Assembly (NCBI GenBank): GCA_034520965.1
Contig: JAXHMY010000001.1
Coordinates: forward strand, 256,001-320,000
DNA length: 64,000 bases
Direction: 5' to 3'
From: Spirochaetia bacterium
Lineage (GTDB): Bacteria; Spirochaetota; Spirochaetia; DSM-16054; Sediminispirochaetaceae
Notes under the pieces: model-generated
Databases searched by the model: none
Seen by the model: only the letters and a program-made list of their open reading frames with translations
What the model was told of the DNA's origin: nothing
Shown here: positions 28,306-37,537 of the stretch, one piece after another
Layout of the letters: each line of letters begins with the position of its first letter
How positions within the stretch are numbered: the first letter of the stretch is position 1
Position numbers and translations under genes: made by a program

Positions 28306-30246
28306 ATGGGACATGGAAAAAAAACTAAGCTTTCAATACCTCTACTTCTAACCGTTCTCGTTCCCATTGTCGGAGGGGTATTATTTTTTGCTCTGGTTTT
28401 AATATCCTTCGAAGTGGCTCGTGATATCGCGGTCGATGAGCAAGAAAAGAAGATCGGAGAATTGGTAGAACTCACCGGGAGTTCGATTCAACGGCTTTGG
28501 ATTCAACCAAGAAATAACACAGTACTGGCACTATCGCGCAGTTCTACCCTGCACAAACGGATAGAGGGAAATATTTCCTTCGGGGTGCTCGCTCAGGAAT
28601 GGGAACATGCACAACAGGTATTGGAAGGGTACTTTTTTATCTACTATGGGCTCGAAGACGGGTCTATCGAGTACTATCCGGATGGAGAGCTTCCGGAAGG
28701 ATACGATCCACGAGACCGGCCATGGTACGAGGCAGGAATGAAATCTGAAGGCGAACCAGCCTGGACGGCTCCCTATGAGGAGGCAATTACCGGTGAAATG
28801 GTTGTAAGTACCGTGGTTCCAATTAAAGGAAAGAAAAACGAGAATGATGAAAAGGACAAAATAGGGGTAATGTCCACCGATATCACCTTCAGTGGGCTTG
28901 AGGAGATACTCGAAAAGATTCAGCTGCCGAGGGGAGGTTCGGTGTTCCTTGTTGATCAAAGCGGTAGACCCTTTATCGGTACAAAGGAGGAGTATGTAAC
29001 ACAGGAGGAACTCCCCGAGAGTAGTGAAAAGCTTTTTGTGAAATCGAGCACTCCACTATCGAACGGATGGCGGGTAAGTGTCATGGTACCCCGTACATCA
29101 TTGATCGAAACATTCAAACAGCTTCGAAGGCCGATTATTACCATCTCCGCGTTTCTTGTCCTGATCGGAATTGCAATCGTTACGATCCTCGCCTGGCGTA
29201 TCGCCTCACGCGCACACCGTTTGGCGGATTACTTTACAGAAACGGTGGAAGAGTCGAAGCCACTCCGTAGACTTTTTAAAACTCGTGATGAGTTCTTATA
29301 TCTCAACAAGCAGTTCAATTATGTTGTGCACAATGCTCGATTTATGGAAGAGGAGAAACTGGCCCGAGAGCGGACCTTTCGTTTTCTTATAGAACAGGCT
29401 CCAGTAGGTTTTTTCAAATCACACAAGGATGGCAGTCTACTGTATATTAATCCGCATTGTGCGGCAATGCTGGGGTATACACAAGAGGAGGCACTCGAGC
29501 AGGTGGAATCGGTACGGCACCTATACTATGATACACAAGACAGAGAGCAATTTCTCAAGGAACTTTCGGAAAAACGTGAAGTACGGCATAAAAAGATACG
29601 CTTCCTTCGAAAAAACGGCGAACTTATCTGGATATCGATGACTGCACGTATCGTTCCCACTACAGATGACAAGGAAGAATACGAAATCGAAGGCTTTCTT
29701 ATCGACATTACCGGTGATATGGAAGAGCGCGAATCGTTGAAGATTCTGGCAGGGAGCGATCCTTTGACTGGGGCAGCTAATCGACGAGCTTTTGACGCCG
29801 CAATTGAAAAAGCGGCCCTCCATGCCATTTCCACGGGAGAGTCTGTCGCATTGATAATGTTTGATCTTGATAAGTTCAAAGAGATAAACGATACCTATGG
29901 ACATGATGTCGGTGATATCCTTTTGCGTCATGTCGTTACGGTGGCACAAAAACTTGTCCGAGGAAGCGACCTTTTTGCCCGTCTTGGCGGTGATGAGTTT
30001 TCAATACTTTTACCGGGTTCCACGGAAAAAGCTGCATTTAAGCTTGCTGAACGACTGCAAAAGGGTATTGAGAGCACCACTCCACCGAAACCTCTCTCAA
30101 CGATGCCTACCCTCAGCATTGGCATAAGCGTTCGTTCCGGCACTGAAGTTAAGGCCTCGGATTTGATGAGAGCTGCTGATTACGCTATGTACCAGGCTAA
30201 ACAGACCGGCCGCAATGCGATCAAGAGTGCCTCAGATGTGCCCTAA
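28306..30246 (+). CDS. Membrane-bound diguanylate cyclase (TM-dCache-TM-PAS-GGDEF)
   Basis: YDPRDRPWY (dCache_1), PAS (EQAPVG...INP), DPLTGAANRR, DLDKFKEINDTYGHDVGD, RLGGDEF, ADYAMYQAKQTGRN. RxxD I-site (RGSD) present. Confidence 0.92.
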   Translation: MGHGKKTKLSIPLLLTVLVPIVGGVLFFALVLISFEVARDIAVDEQEKKIGELVELTGSSIQRLWIQPRNNTVLALSRSSTLHKRIEGNISFGVLAQEWEHAQQVLEGYFFIYYGLEDGSIEYYPDGELPEGYDPRDRPWYEAGMKSEGEPAWTAPYEEAITGEMVVSTVVPIKGKKNENDEKDKIGVMSTDITFSGLEEILEKIQLPRGGSVFLVDQSGRPFIGTKEEYVTQEELPESSEKLFVKSSTPLSNGWRVSVMVPRTSLIETFKQLRRPIITISAFLVLIGIAIVTILAWRIASRAHRLADYFTETVEESKPLRRLFKTRDEFLYLNKQFNYVVHNARFMEEEKLARERTFRFLIEQAPVGFFKSHKDGSLLYINPHCAAMLGYTQEEALEQVESVRHLYYDTQDREQFLKELSEKREVRHKKIRFLRKNGELIWISMTARIVPTTDDKEEYEIEGFLIDITGDMEERESLKILAGSDPLTGAANRRAFDAAIEKAALHAISTGESVALIMFDLDKFKEINDTYGHDVGDILLRHVVTVAQKLVRGSDLFARLGGDEFSILLPGSTEKAAFKLAERLQKGIESTTPPKPLSTMPTLSIGISVRSGTEVKASDLMRAADYAMYQAKQTGRNAIKSASDVP

Positions 30247-30569
30247 ATGAAATACAAGTCTTTGTTCACCAGCAAAAACGTGCTCAGTGCATGGTACTGT
30301 TCACCCTGAAATAATCAGAAACTCCTGATTGCCCGGGTATAGAAAGTACTTGCATCTTTTTGACAAGTCATGATGGTATCATCTCCAGATTGTTCATACA
30401 CAACTGCATGGTTTTCGTGATCTTCAGTAGAGCTCCACATTTTGAATCTATCCATCCCACCGATAGTTGCCTTCTTTTCTCCTTTCAGGAGGATACCACT
30501 TCTCGTTATATTAGGTTGAAAACAGGGAAAAATAGTTGTCGTTAGACCGGTAGTTTTAATTGTCGCTGA

Positions 30570-31307
30570 TCAGAGGGCAATATTGTTCATTACATAGCAA
30601 TAAAAGAGGACATACGAGAGCGTAAGGAGCTCGAAAATCTTAAAGAGGATGTCGATAGAATTACCCAGCATGATATGAGGTCTTCACTAAACGGCATAAT
30701 CGGTGTTCCCCAAGTACTTATGGAAGATGAGAACATAACCGACACCCAACGGCAGTACCTTCAGATGATAATAGAGTCGGGACAAAATATTCTAAACATG
30801 ATCAATCTTTCACTTACCATATACAAGATCGAACAGGGAACTTACGAGCCTACCGAAAGCGAGTTTGATGTATTAAATATTTTCAAACAATGCAAAACAA
30901 ATTATGATCTACATCTCAATAGCAAGAATATAGAATTTATTACCTATACCGATGGTTTTGATTCAGCAAATCCCAACCATATCATGGTTAAAGGAGAGGA
31001 ATTGCTAGCTTACTCGGTGATATCTAACTTAGTTAAAAATGCGATAGAGGCTTCTCCATCTGGTGGTACAGTGGAGGTGTGTTTAAGCAATTCCTCCAAA
31101 ATTATAATTACTATTAATAACCAAGGCGCGGTACCGCAGAATATTCGAGATACCTTTTTCGACAAGTATACTACGAGCGGAAAAGATAATGGGACTGGAC
31201 TGGGGACCTACAGTGCTAAAATATTGGCTGAAGCTCAAGGGTGGGAGATTTCAATGCACACATCTGAAGTAGAGGGGACTACAACAACTCTTACTATTCC
31301 AAAATAG
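30570..31307 (+). pseudogene. 5'-truncated sensor histidine kinase (PAC remnant-HisKA-HATPase)
   Basis: The frame upstream of the annotated ATG reads SEGNIVHYIAIKEDIRERKELENLKEDVDRITQHDMRSSLNG, so the H-box His lies upstream of the ATG, and this frame is closed by a TGA with no start. NLVKNAIEA and GTGLGTYSA are present. Confidence 0.7.
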
Positions 31308-31405
31308 CTCCATAAGCGGGGTCTTGAAAGTGGCAAATGTTTATTCTTTTTATCATTTGATTTATAATTATATTATCATTATAATGTTAATATATGGAGG
31401 TTTAT

Positions 31406-31663
31406 ATGCCGATTATTCGCCCTATTTCAGATCTTCGCAATAACTTTTCTAGCATTTCGGAAACTGTACATACCGATGATGAACCTGTTTTTCTTACAAA
31501 AAATGGTATTGGCGATATGGTTGTTATGTCTCTTGACTATTATGAGAAACAATTTGCAAGAATCGAACTCTATCGGAAATTGAATGAAGCTCGTGATGAT
31601 ATTAATAATGGAGCAAAGGGAAAGGATGCTCGCTCTGTTATTAAAGATTTGATGAATAAATGA
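31406..31663 (+). CDS. Phd/YefM-family antitoxin
   Basis: MPIIRPISDLRN...PVFLTKNGIGDMVVMS..YE. GGAGG RBS. Overlaps the toxin start. Confidence 0.9.
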   Translation: MPIIRPISDLRNNFSSISETVHTDDEPVFLTKNGIGDMVVMSLDYYEKQFARIELYRKLNEARDDINNGAKGKDARSVIKDLMNK

Positions 31664-31968
31664 GCTCTAAGAAGTATCAAGTCACCATTTATCCGACTGC
31701 AGAAACCGACCTTCTGGAAATTAAAGACTATTTTGAGAATAAATTAAAAATTACTCCCAATAATCTATTCCAGAAATTCTATGATAGCCTTGATTTACTT
31801 GAAACTAATCCATTAATACATCCTTTATTGAAGGATAAATACTTGCATCAACTTGGATATAGGATGTTTCCTATTGATAATTTCCTGGTATTCTATGTAA
31901 TCGAGAATAATGAAGTACAAATACACCGATTCTTATATGGTAAGCGCGATTATTTACTGATTCTTTAA
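31660..31968 (+). CDS. RelE/ParE-family toxin
   Basis: YQVTIYPTAETDL.EI..Y, GYRMFPIDNFLVFY, V.IHRFLYGKRD. Confidence 0.88.
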   Translation: MSSKKYQVTIYPTAETDLLEIKDYFENKLKITPNNLFQKFYDSLDLLETNPLIHPLLKDKYLHQLGYRMFPIDNFLVFYVIENNEVQIHRFLYGKRDYLLIL

Positions 31969-32067
31969 TCTATTGGCAGCCCAATTGGAAATGGCAAGTA
32001 AAATAGATTATATTCGCCTTATACCCAATAAACAGGAGTAATATACTAGCTACTATATAGGTGCATT

Positions 32068-32169
32068 ATGTCAAAAAAGATTCTCCTTGTCGAAGACGAA
32101 GCCCTCATTGCTATGAATGAGGCTCAAATGCTCAAAAAGCGTGGGTTTGAGGTGGTAAGCGTTTATTGA
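32068..32169 (+). pseudogene. 33-codon relic of a third REC-PAS kinase paralog
   Basis: MSKKILLVEDEALIAMNEAQMLKKRGFEVVSVY*, near-identical at DNA level to the starts of the genes at 21015 and 23744. Confidence 0.85.
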
Positions 32170-32230
32170 CGATACTATTATTTCAGCGAATCCTGCGACA
32201 GAGGGAAGAATAAGAAGAGCTCTCTACTTA

Positions 32231-33205
32231 TTACTGATTCCTCTTATGTTCTTCCAATTGTTTGACATAAGCTTTTACATGCTCCCATTCGTCAAATACA
32301 AAACGAATATCTTGATAACTGAGTTTTGCCTGTTGAATAACACTCTTTATGATTTCAGAGGCAAATTTGTAAGCTTCACTGCCTTCTTCCATTTCCTGAA
32401 TTTCAACAAAACTGTGCATTAAAGTGTAAGCTCCGTTGGAACTCATAGTAACCTGCTCAAATTCAGAATAATCAGCAAGTCCGTACTCAACCGCAAGCTC
32501 ATCTAATGCAGCTTCCTGACCGGCCTCAGGGTTTTCTATATCCGACTCTTCCAAATTGACCATTGCTTCAAAAAAGCGCATTACCCGGCTAAGTGTATCA
32601 CCATCCAGAACGACCTCTTGTGAGAGAGAGTCCTCGAAAAGCATGACTCCCTCTTCCGGAAAGGCCTCCGGAACAATATGCGCGGCTTTTTCTTTCTGCA
32701 CGGGAAGTTCAAGACCAGCCTCGCGTTCATTGATTTTGATATAGGTAATTAAGTCTTCGGCAACTTCGTCACTCCAGTTTTCCGCCGGTGCTTGAACAGT
32801 AATATGAATTTGATCTATTCCGTTCCAGATTAACCATGTACGGGCTATCATCTCTTGATTTGTCTGATATTTGTGCTTATTAGTCAGCGCGGGAAGCCCG
32901 TCGACTTCAGTTTCTTTATTCTTGTCAAGAATTTCCGCATGACCATATTCCATGATCTTGTAGAATTCACTGTCGTTCACAATCCTAATGTAGAGACGAA
33001 TATCCCCTTCCGCCAGGATTCTTGCACCCTCAACTCTGTATTGATCAGGCACATCCGCCGTAACCAGCCCGCCTTTTACGCTGAATGTTCCACTTTCTTT
33101 CGGATCCTGTTTTTCTTCTGCTTGCTCTGTCTTGTCGTTGCCTCCGCAGGACTGAGCAAAAACAATAAATAAGCCGACCAATAACCACACTGCTATTTGT
33201 TTCAT
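32231..33205 (-). CDS. Hypothetical acidic lipoprotein
   Basis: MKQIAVWLLVGLFIVFAQS-C lipobox-like signal; 324-aa ORF; no family recognised. Confidence 0.65.
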   Translation of the reverse strand: MKQIAVWLLVGLFIVFAQSCGGNDKTEQAEEKQDPKESGTFSVKGGLVTADVPDQYRVEGARILAEGDIRLYIRIVNDSEFYKIMEYGHAEILDKNKETEVDGLPALTNKHKYQTNQEMIARTWLIWNGIDQIHITVQAPAENWSDEVAEDLITYIKINEREAGLELPVQKEKAAHIVPEAFPEEGVMLFEDSLSQEVVLDGDTLSRVMRFFEAMVNLEESDIENPEAGQEAALDELAVEYGLADYSEFEQVTMSSNGAYTLMHSFVEIQEMEEGSEAYKFASEIIKSVIQQAKLSYQDIRFVFDEWEHVKAYVKQLEEHKRNQ

Positions 33206-33321
33206 AATGTAATAATAGAATGGGTTTTACGCGGAGTCAATAAAATAATTACCCTAGTTCTGCAGCCCCCAGGGTCAGCCGCATGGCCTCTAGGGTTTTC
33301 TCCATTCCCGCGGCCGGTGAT

Positions 33322-34617
33322 TTAATCAGAAATTTGGGCCGGTTCGGCTTCATCGTCACCTGGAAACTGGAGCTGCAAGGCAAACACCAGCCCCACCGCC
33401 AGCAACAGGGCCATAGCCGCAAACAGTATCCGGTAGCTGTCCGCCCCCAGTGTAACCGCCCGGTCCAGGAAAAACCCGGCGGCCAGGGGCAGCCCGCTGC
33501 TCAGGGGCATCTCCACCAGTGCTATCAGGGCAAAATGGGCGGTGGTATCGTGGGTGCGGGCCAGCGCCTTCACCGCCGGCGGATAAATCAGCATCCGCAG
33601 CGAGCGCGAAGCACCCAGCAACGCGGCACAGCTTAAAAAAGCCGCTGTTCCACCTCCCGGAATCAGTCCGAGCACGCCTATAATCGCCAGCAACTTAGAG
33701 GTTACAAACTTATTCCGCAGAGACAGCAGATTAAGCCAGCCGAACAGCACCTGGCTGACAATACCGCCGGCGTAGCTGACGGCCACAAAGGCTCCGGCTA
33801 CCAACTCCTCCGGCACTCCGGCATAGTCACGGGCATAATTGCCGTAGAAGGACAGCACCACCACCAGGGCAAAGTAACTAAAATCACTGCCTATAAAAAT
33901 CCGGAAACTTCTCGAACCCAATATGGCACGGAGGCTGCGCATAAAGCTCACCGGCCCCGAAAAGAGCGGCGGGGCTTTGGCCGGGTCGTACTGCTCGCGG
34001 GTAATATAAAACAGGGACGCCCCGGTAAACAGAATTACCCCACCAAAGGTAAACACGAGGGCTGCGCCGTGAATCGAGAGGGCATAGCGGGCCACTGTCC
34101 GGTAGATAACAAAGCTACCAATGAGTTTAGCAATACTCTGCACGATGTACATCACCGACAGGGCTCGCAGACTGTCCCGGCGCGAAAACAGCGACACCAG
34201 ATAACTCTGCCAGGCCGGCAGGGTAAATCCGATTCCGATCGAAAACAGTAGATACACCCCGATAAACAGCTGCAGCACCCCCGTCTCGGGGCGGAACACG
34301 AGCAAAAACAGGCCAAACAGGGCTATCGGCAGCGCCGCTGACATATGATACAGCATCACACTGCGACGCTTGCTCTTCAAACCGGCCGACACATAGGCCG
34401 ACACCAGCGAAAACACCGGAATCGAAAGACCCAGAAAAACCGGCAGCAGTCCGATCAGAAAATAGGATGCCCCCAAGCTGCGCAGGAAGAGCTGCAGAAA
34501 GGTCGATTCAATCAGTACCGGCATCCCCATCCCCCAGAAAAACTCAACCGAGGAAATACCGGCGGTATTCTGCAAAAAATGGGGGCTTTCAGTTTTTATA
34601 ATTCGACTTTTTCTCAT
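33322..34617 (-). CDS. MFS transporter
   Basis: About 12 TM segments in two halves with a central loop. Confidence 0.8.
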   Translation of the reverse strand: MRKSRIIKTESPHFLQNTAGISSVEFFWGMGMPVLIESTFLQLFLRSLGASYFLIGLLPVFLGLSIPVFSLVSAYVSAGLKSKRRSVMLYHMSAALPIALFGLFLLVFRPETGVLQLFIGVYLLFSIGIGFTLPAWQSYLVSLFSRRDSLRALSVMYIVQSIAKLIGSFVIYRTVARYALSIHGAALVFTFGGVILFTGASLFYITREQYDPAKAPPLFSGPVSFMRSLRAILGSRSFRIFIGSDFSYFALVVVLSFYGNYARDYAGVPEELVAGAFVAVSYAGGIVSQVLFGWLNLLSLRNKFVTSKLLAIIGVLGLIPGGGTAAFLSCAALLGASRSLRMLIYPPAVKALARTHDTTAHFALIALVEMPLSSGLPLAAGFFLDRAVTLGADSYRILFAAMALLLAVGLVFALQLQFPGDDEAEPAQISD

Positions 34618-34647
34618 CGATCCTTCCGGGTCCTTGGCAACGACTGA

Positions 34648-35352
34648 TTAATTCAGCGGCAGCACTACGAAAAACATAAACAAATAGTGCAGCACCGCTC
34701 CGGTCAGTACGAACAGGTGCCAGATTTCATGAAAACCGAATTTGCCCGGTACCGGGTTGGGGCGCTCGAAGTAAAAGATCATCGCGCCAACAGTATACAC
34801 CACCCCTCCGGCCAGAATCAGAGCAAAACCGCCCCAGCCGATAACCGGAATCGAGCGTACGATCAGAATTGCACCAACCCATCCAATTCCGATGTAGAAG
34901 GTATTTGAAACCCAACGCGGAAGCTCGGGGTATATGGATTTAATAGTAATTCCAATGGCCGTCAATACCCACACCACTCCGAACAGGGTCCATCCCCATT
35001 TGTTCCGCTGCACCACCAGGCAGAGCGGCGTATAGGTCCCCGCAATCAGCAGATAAATGGCAATATAGTCAAACAGACGAAACACGTCGTTCAGCCGTTT
35101 GGACAAGTTTACCCCGTGATGCAGGCTGCTGGCCACAAACAGCGAAATAAGGCTAAGCCCATACACCGCAAATGAAACCACATGCCACACCCTTCCTTCT
35201 CCAGCCGCAGAGACAATCAGCAAGACGGTTCCGAACAGGGCAAAAAAACCGCCCACCATATGGGTGGCCGTATTTATTATTTCGTCGGTAACGTGAACAC
35301 TCCCGTCCTTACTATAGGCCGAAAGGTCCCGGGTATTATCCTTTTCTTTCAT
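34648..35352 (-). CDS. Hemolysin III / PAQR-family membrane protein
   Basis: DEIINTATH, SSLHH, DYIAIYLLIAGTYTP, HEIWHLFV...H. Confidence 0.9.
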   Translation of the reverse strand: MKEKDNTRDLSAYSKDGSVHVTDEIINTATHMVGGFFALFGTVLLIVSAAGEGRVWHVVSFAVYGLSLISLFVASSLHHGVNLSKRLNDVFRLFDYIAIYLLIAGTYTPLCLVVQRNKWGWTLFGVVWVLTAIGITIKSIYPELPRWVSNTFYIGIGWVGAILIVRSIPVIGWGGFALILAGGVVYTVGAMIFYFERPNPVPGKFGFHEIWHLFVLTGAVLHYLFMFFVVLPLN

Positions 35353-35392
35353 GCAGTGATGGTACCCAATCTAAAGTGTTTAAGCAATGCAC

Positions 35393-36610
35393 TTATCTAT
35401 GGGGAACGGGTTTCGAACCTTCCCATACCACTTTACGAAAATTAATCGGATCGGTGTTTCCTTCAGAGTTTATGAGTAAGACCTTCGATTTCTCATCCAG
35501 CTGCAATTTTTCTTTTAATTCCGACAAGTCGGGATCATGCATAATATGCTTCAGCGTCGAGAGGGTAACCGCCCCGGATTCCCCTGAGACAACAAAGGGG
35601 TCTCCCTTCAGCGGAACAGCATACATCCGCATCCCTTCAGCAGCCAGATAATCCGGAACTGAAATAAAACAATCCGCCGCTTCGGTAAGCACGCTCCACG
35701 CTATGGGACTGGGGTCGCCACATGCAAGACCGGCCATTATTGTATCAAGCTCGCCGGGGAAGTTATGGGGCTGTCCATCACCGGACTTAATACTGCTGTA
35801 CAAACAGGCGGCTTTCTCCGGTTCGACCACCACACAGGTGGGCGAGTGTTCTTCTAACAAGCTGCGGTAATGACCCAGTATTGAGGCCGCCAAGGCGCCC
35901 ACACCAGCTTGCACAAACACATGGGTGGGCCATAAAATGCCCTGAGCAGAGAACTGCTCCTGAATCTCTGACACAATGGTTGTATACCCCTGCATAATCC
36001 AGGTTGGAATCTCCTGATACCCCGGCCAGGATGTATCAGAGATAATCTCCCAGCCCTTCGCTTCCGCATCGATCGAAATTTGATTCACCGCATCATCATA
36101 ATTTCCATTCACCACTTTCACCGTGGCACCGTAACTGCGGATAGCATCGATGCGCGGCTGGGAGGTAGTTTTGTGTACGTAAACCACCGATTTATGCCCC
36201 AATTTACTCGCGGCCCAGGCCACACCTCGCCCATGATTTCCATCGGTGGCAGTGGCGAAAGTAATATCCCCGGTTTTCTCTTTTACTTGTGGAGAAATCA
36301 GCTCTTCATAAGTAAAGTCTTTTTCAACGCCCAAACGCTTTTTCAGAAACCGGTAGATGGCATACGACCCGCCCAGCACCTTGAAAGAGTTCAAGTTAAG
36401 ACGAACAGACTCGTCCTTGACCCAGAGCCCTCTTACTCCGACATACTTAGCCATCTGGTTTAGACTTTTTAGCGGGGTTATCTCAAACCCCGGAATCTCA
36501 TCATGAAATTCCCTGCTGTGCCTGCTTATCCCTTTAGGAAAAAGTTCTCGGCACTTATCAAATTTATTGTAATTGGGGTGATTGTTCTCAGTCCATTCTA
36601 TTTTATCCAT
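35393..36610 (-). CDS. dpaL: Diaminopropionate ammonia-lyase
   Basis: TPL, VKDES.R..LNSFKVLGGSYA, ATDGNHGRGVAW, SDTSWPGY, QAGVGALA, TIMAGLACG, SGESGA, SEGNTDP. Confidence 0.93.
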   Translation of the reverse strand: MDKIEWTENNHPNYNKFDKCRELFPKGISRHSREFHDEIPGFEITPLKSLNQMAKYVGVRGLWVKDESVRLNLNSFKVLGGSYAIYRFLKKRLGVEKDFTYEELISPQVKEKTGDITFATATDGNHGRGVAWAASKLGHKSVVYVHKTTSQPRIDAIRSYGATVKVVNGNYDDAVNQISIDAEAKGWEIISDTSWPGYQEIPTWIMQGYTTIVSEIQEQFSAQGILWPTHVFVQAGVGALAASILGHYRSLLEEHSPTCVVVEPEKAACLYSSIKSGDGQPHNFPGELDTIMAGLACGDPSPIAWSVLTEAADCFISVPDYLAAEGMRMYAVPLKGDPFVVSGESGAVTLSTLKHIMHDPDLSELKEKLQLDEKSKVLLINSEGNTDPINFRKVVWEGSKPVPHR

Positions 36611-36739
36611 ACATTCTCCTATTTCTTACACCCACATCTTAACATGTTTCAGCCGATGCTTAATAGTGGAATATGAAGACACACAAGCCCGGCTTGCGCA
36701 TCCGACCTTTATCTCCGATTATAGAAGATGGAGGTTGCT

Positions 36740-37522
36740 ATGAAACTACACAGGTTTTTTCTTTTTAAGAACATGACAATTTTTAGTATAACGGTGCTGT
36801 TCTTCTGCGCGCCGGCGGTGTTGTGTGCACTCCCGCCGGTCTCTTTCTGGCTTGATGCAGAAACCGGCGCTGCCTTTACCGGCTACAACGATGTGCAAAT
36901 ACCCGCTGACACGGGCACCCGTTTCTCGCTGGCCGACGATCTGGAACCCGACCCGGTGTGGTTCTACCGCCTCCAGGCCGGTGCAGATATCGGACGTCAT
37001 TCGGCCTTTGTGCTGTACGCCCCGCTGCTGGTAGAAAGCACCGGCACCTCCTCAGAGAGCATCGTTTTTAACGGAGAGTCCTTCACTGCCGATGAAAACC
37101 TCACGGGCACCTTCAAGTTCAACAGCTACCGCTTCACCTATGCCTACAGCTTTGTACAGCAGCCGCAGTTTCTGCTGGCCGCAGGGATCACTGGTAAAAT
37201 CAGGGACGCCTACATTAAATTGGAGGAGAACGAGAGCGGTAAAAGTAAAAAGCGAACCGACCTTGGTGTGGTGCCCCTGATTCACCTGAAGGTGCAATGG
37301 TTTATTAGCCCGCAATTTTCCCTTCTGCTGGAGGGGGACGGACTTGCGGTGCCCCAGGGCCGGGCCGAAGATTTTCTGCTGGCCGGTGTGTATGCACCCC
37401 GCCCGGATATGGAGCTGCGCCTCGGCTACCGCATTCTGGAGGGCGGTTCCGACGGCGGAGGATCGGTGTACACCTTTAGTATGTTCCATTATGCTACAAT
37501 GGGGATACGCTGGAAATTCTAG
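36740..37522 (+). CDS. Putative outer-membrane beta-barrel protein
   Basis: Signal peptide, alternating aromatic/hydrophobic strands, C-terminal ...MGIRWKF. GGAGG RBS before MKLHRF. Confidence 0.6.
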   Translation: MKLHRFFLFKNMTIFSITVLFFCAPAVLCALPPVSFWLDAETGAAFTGYNDVQIPADTGTRFSLADDLEPDPVWFYRLQAGADIGRHSAFVLYAPLLVESTGTSSESIVFNGESFTADENLTGTFKFNSYRFTYAYSFVQQPQFLLAAGITGKIRDAYIKLEENESGKSKKRTDLGVVPLIHLKVQWFISPQFSLLLEGDGLAVPQGRAEDFLLAGVYAPRPDMELRLGYRILEGGSDGGGSVYTFSMFHYATMGIRWKF

Positions 37523-37537
37523 TTTGTAGGAAGAAAC

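Noticed and set aside
30247..30560. Possible gene fragment or small ORFs between the cyclase and the kinase relic
   Set aside because: Short ORFs on both strands with no recognisable motif or RBS; cannot be supported.
26765..32230. Integron cassette array (TA pairs and fragments; GTTAGAC at about 30541)
   Set aside because: No integrase, no repeated attC-like structure with paired RYYYAAC/GTTRRRY ends, and genes in mixed orientation.
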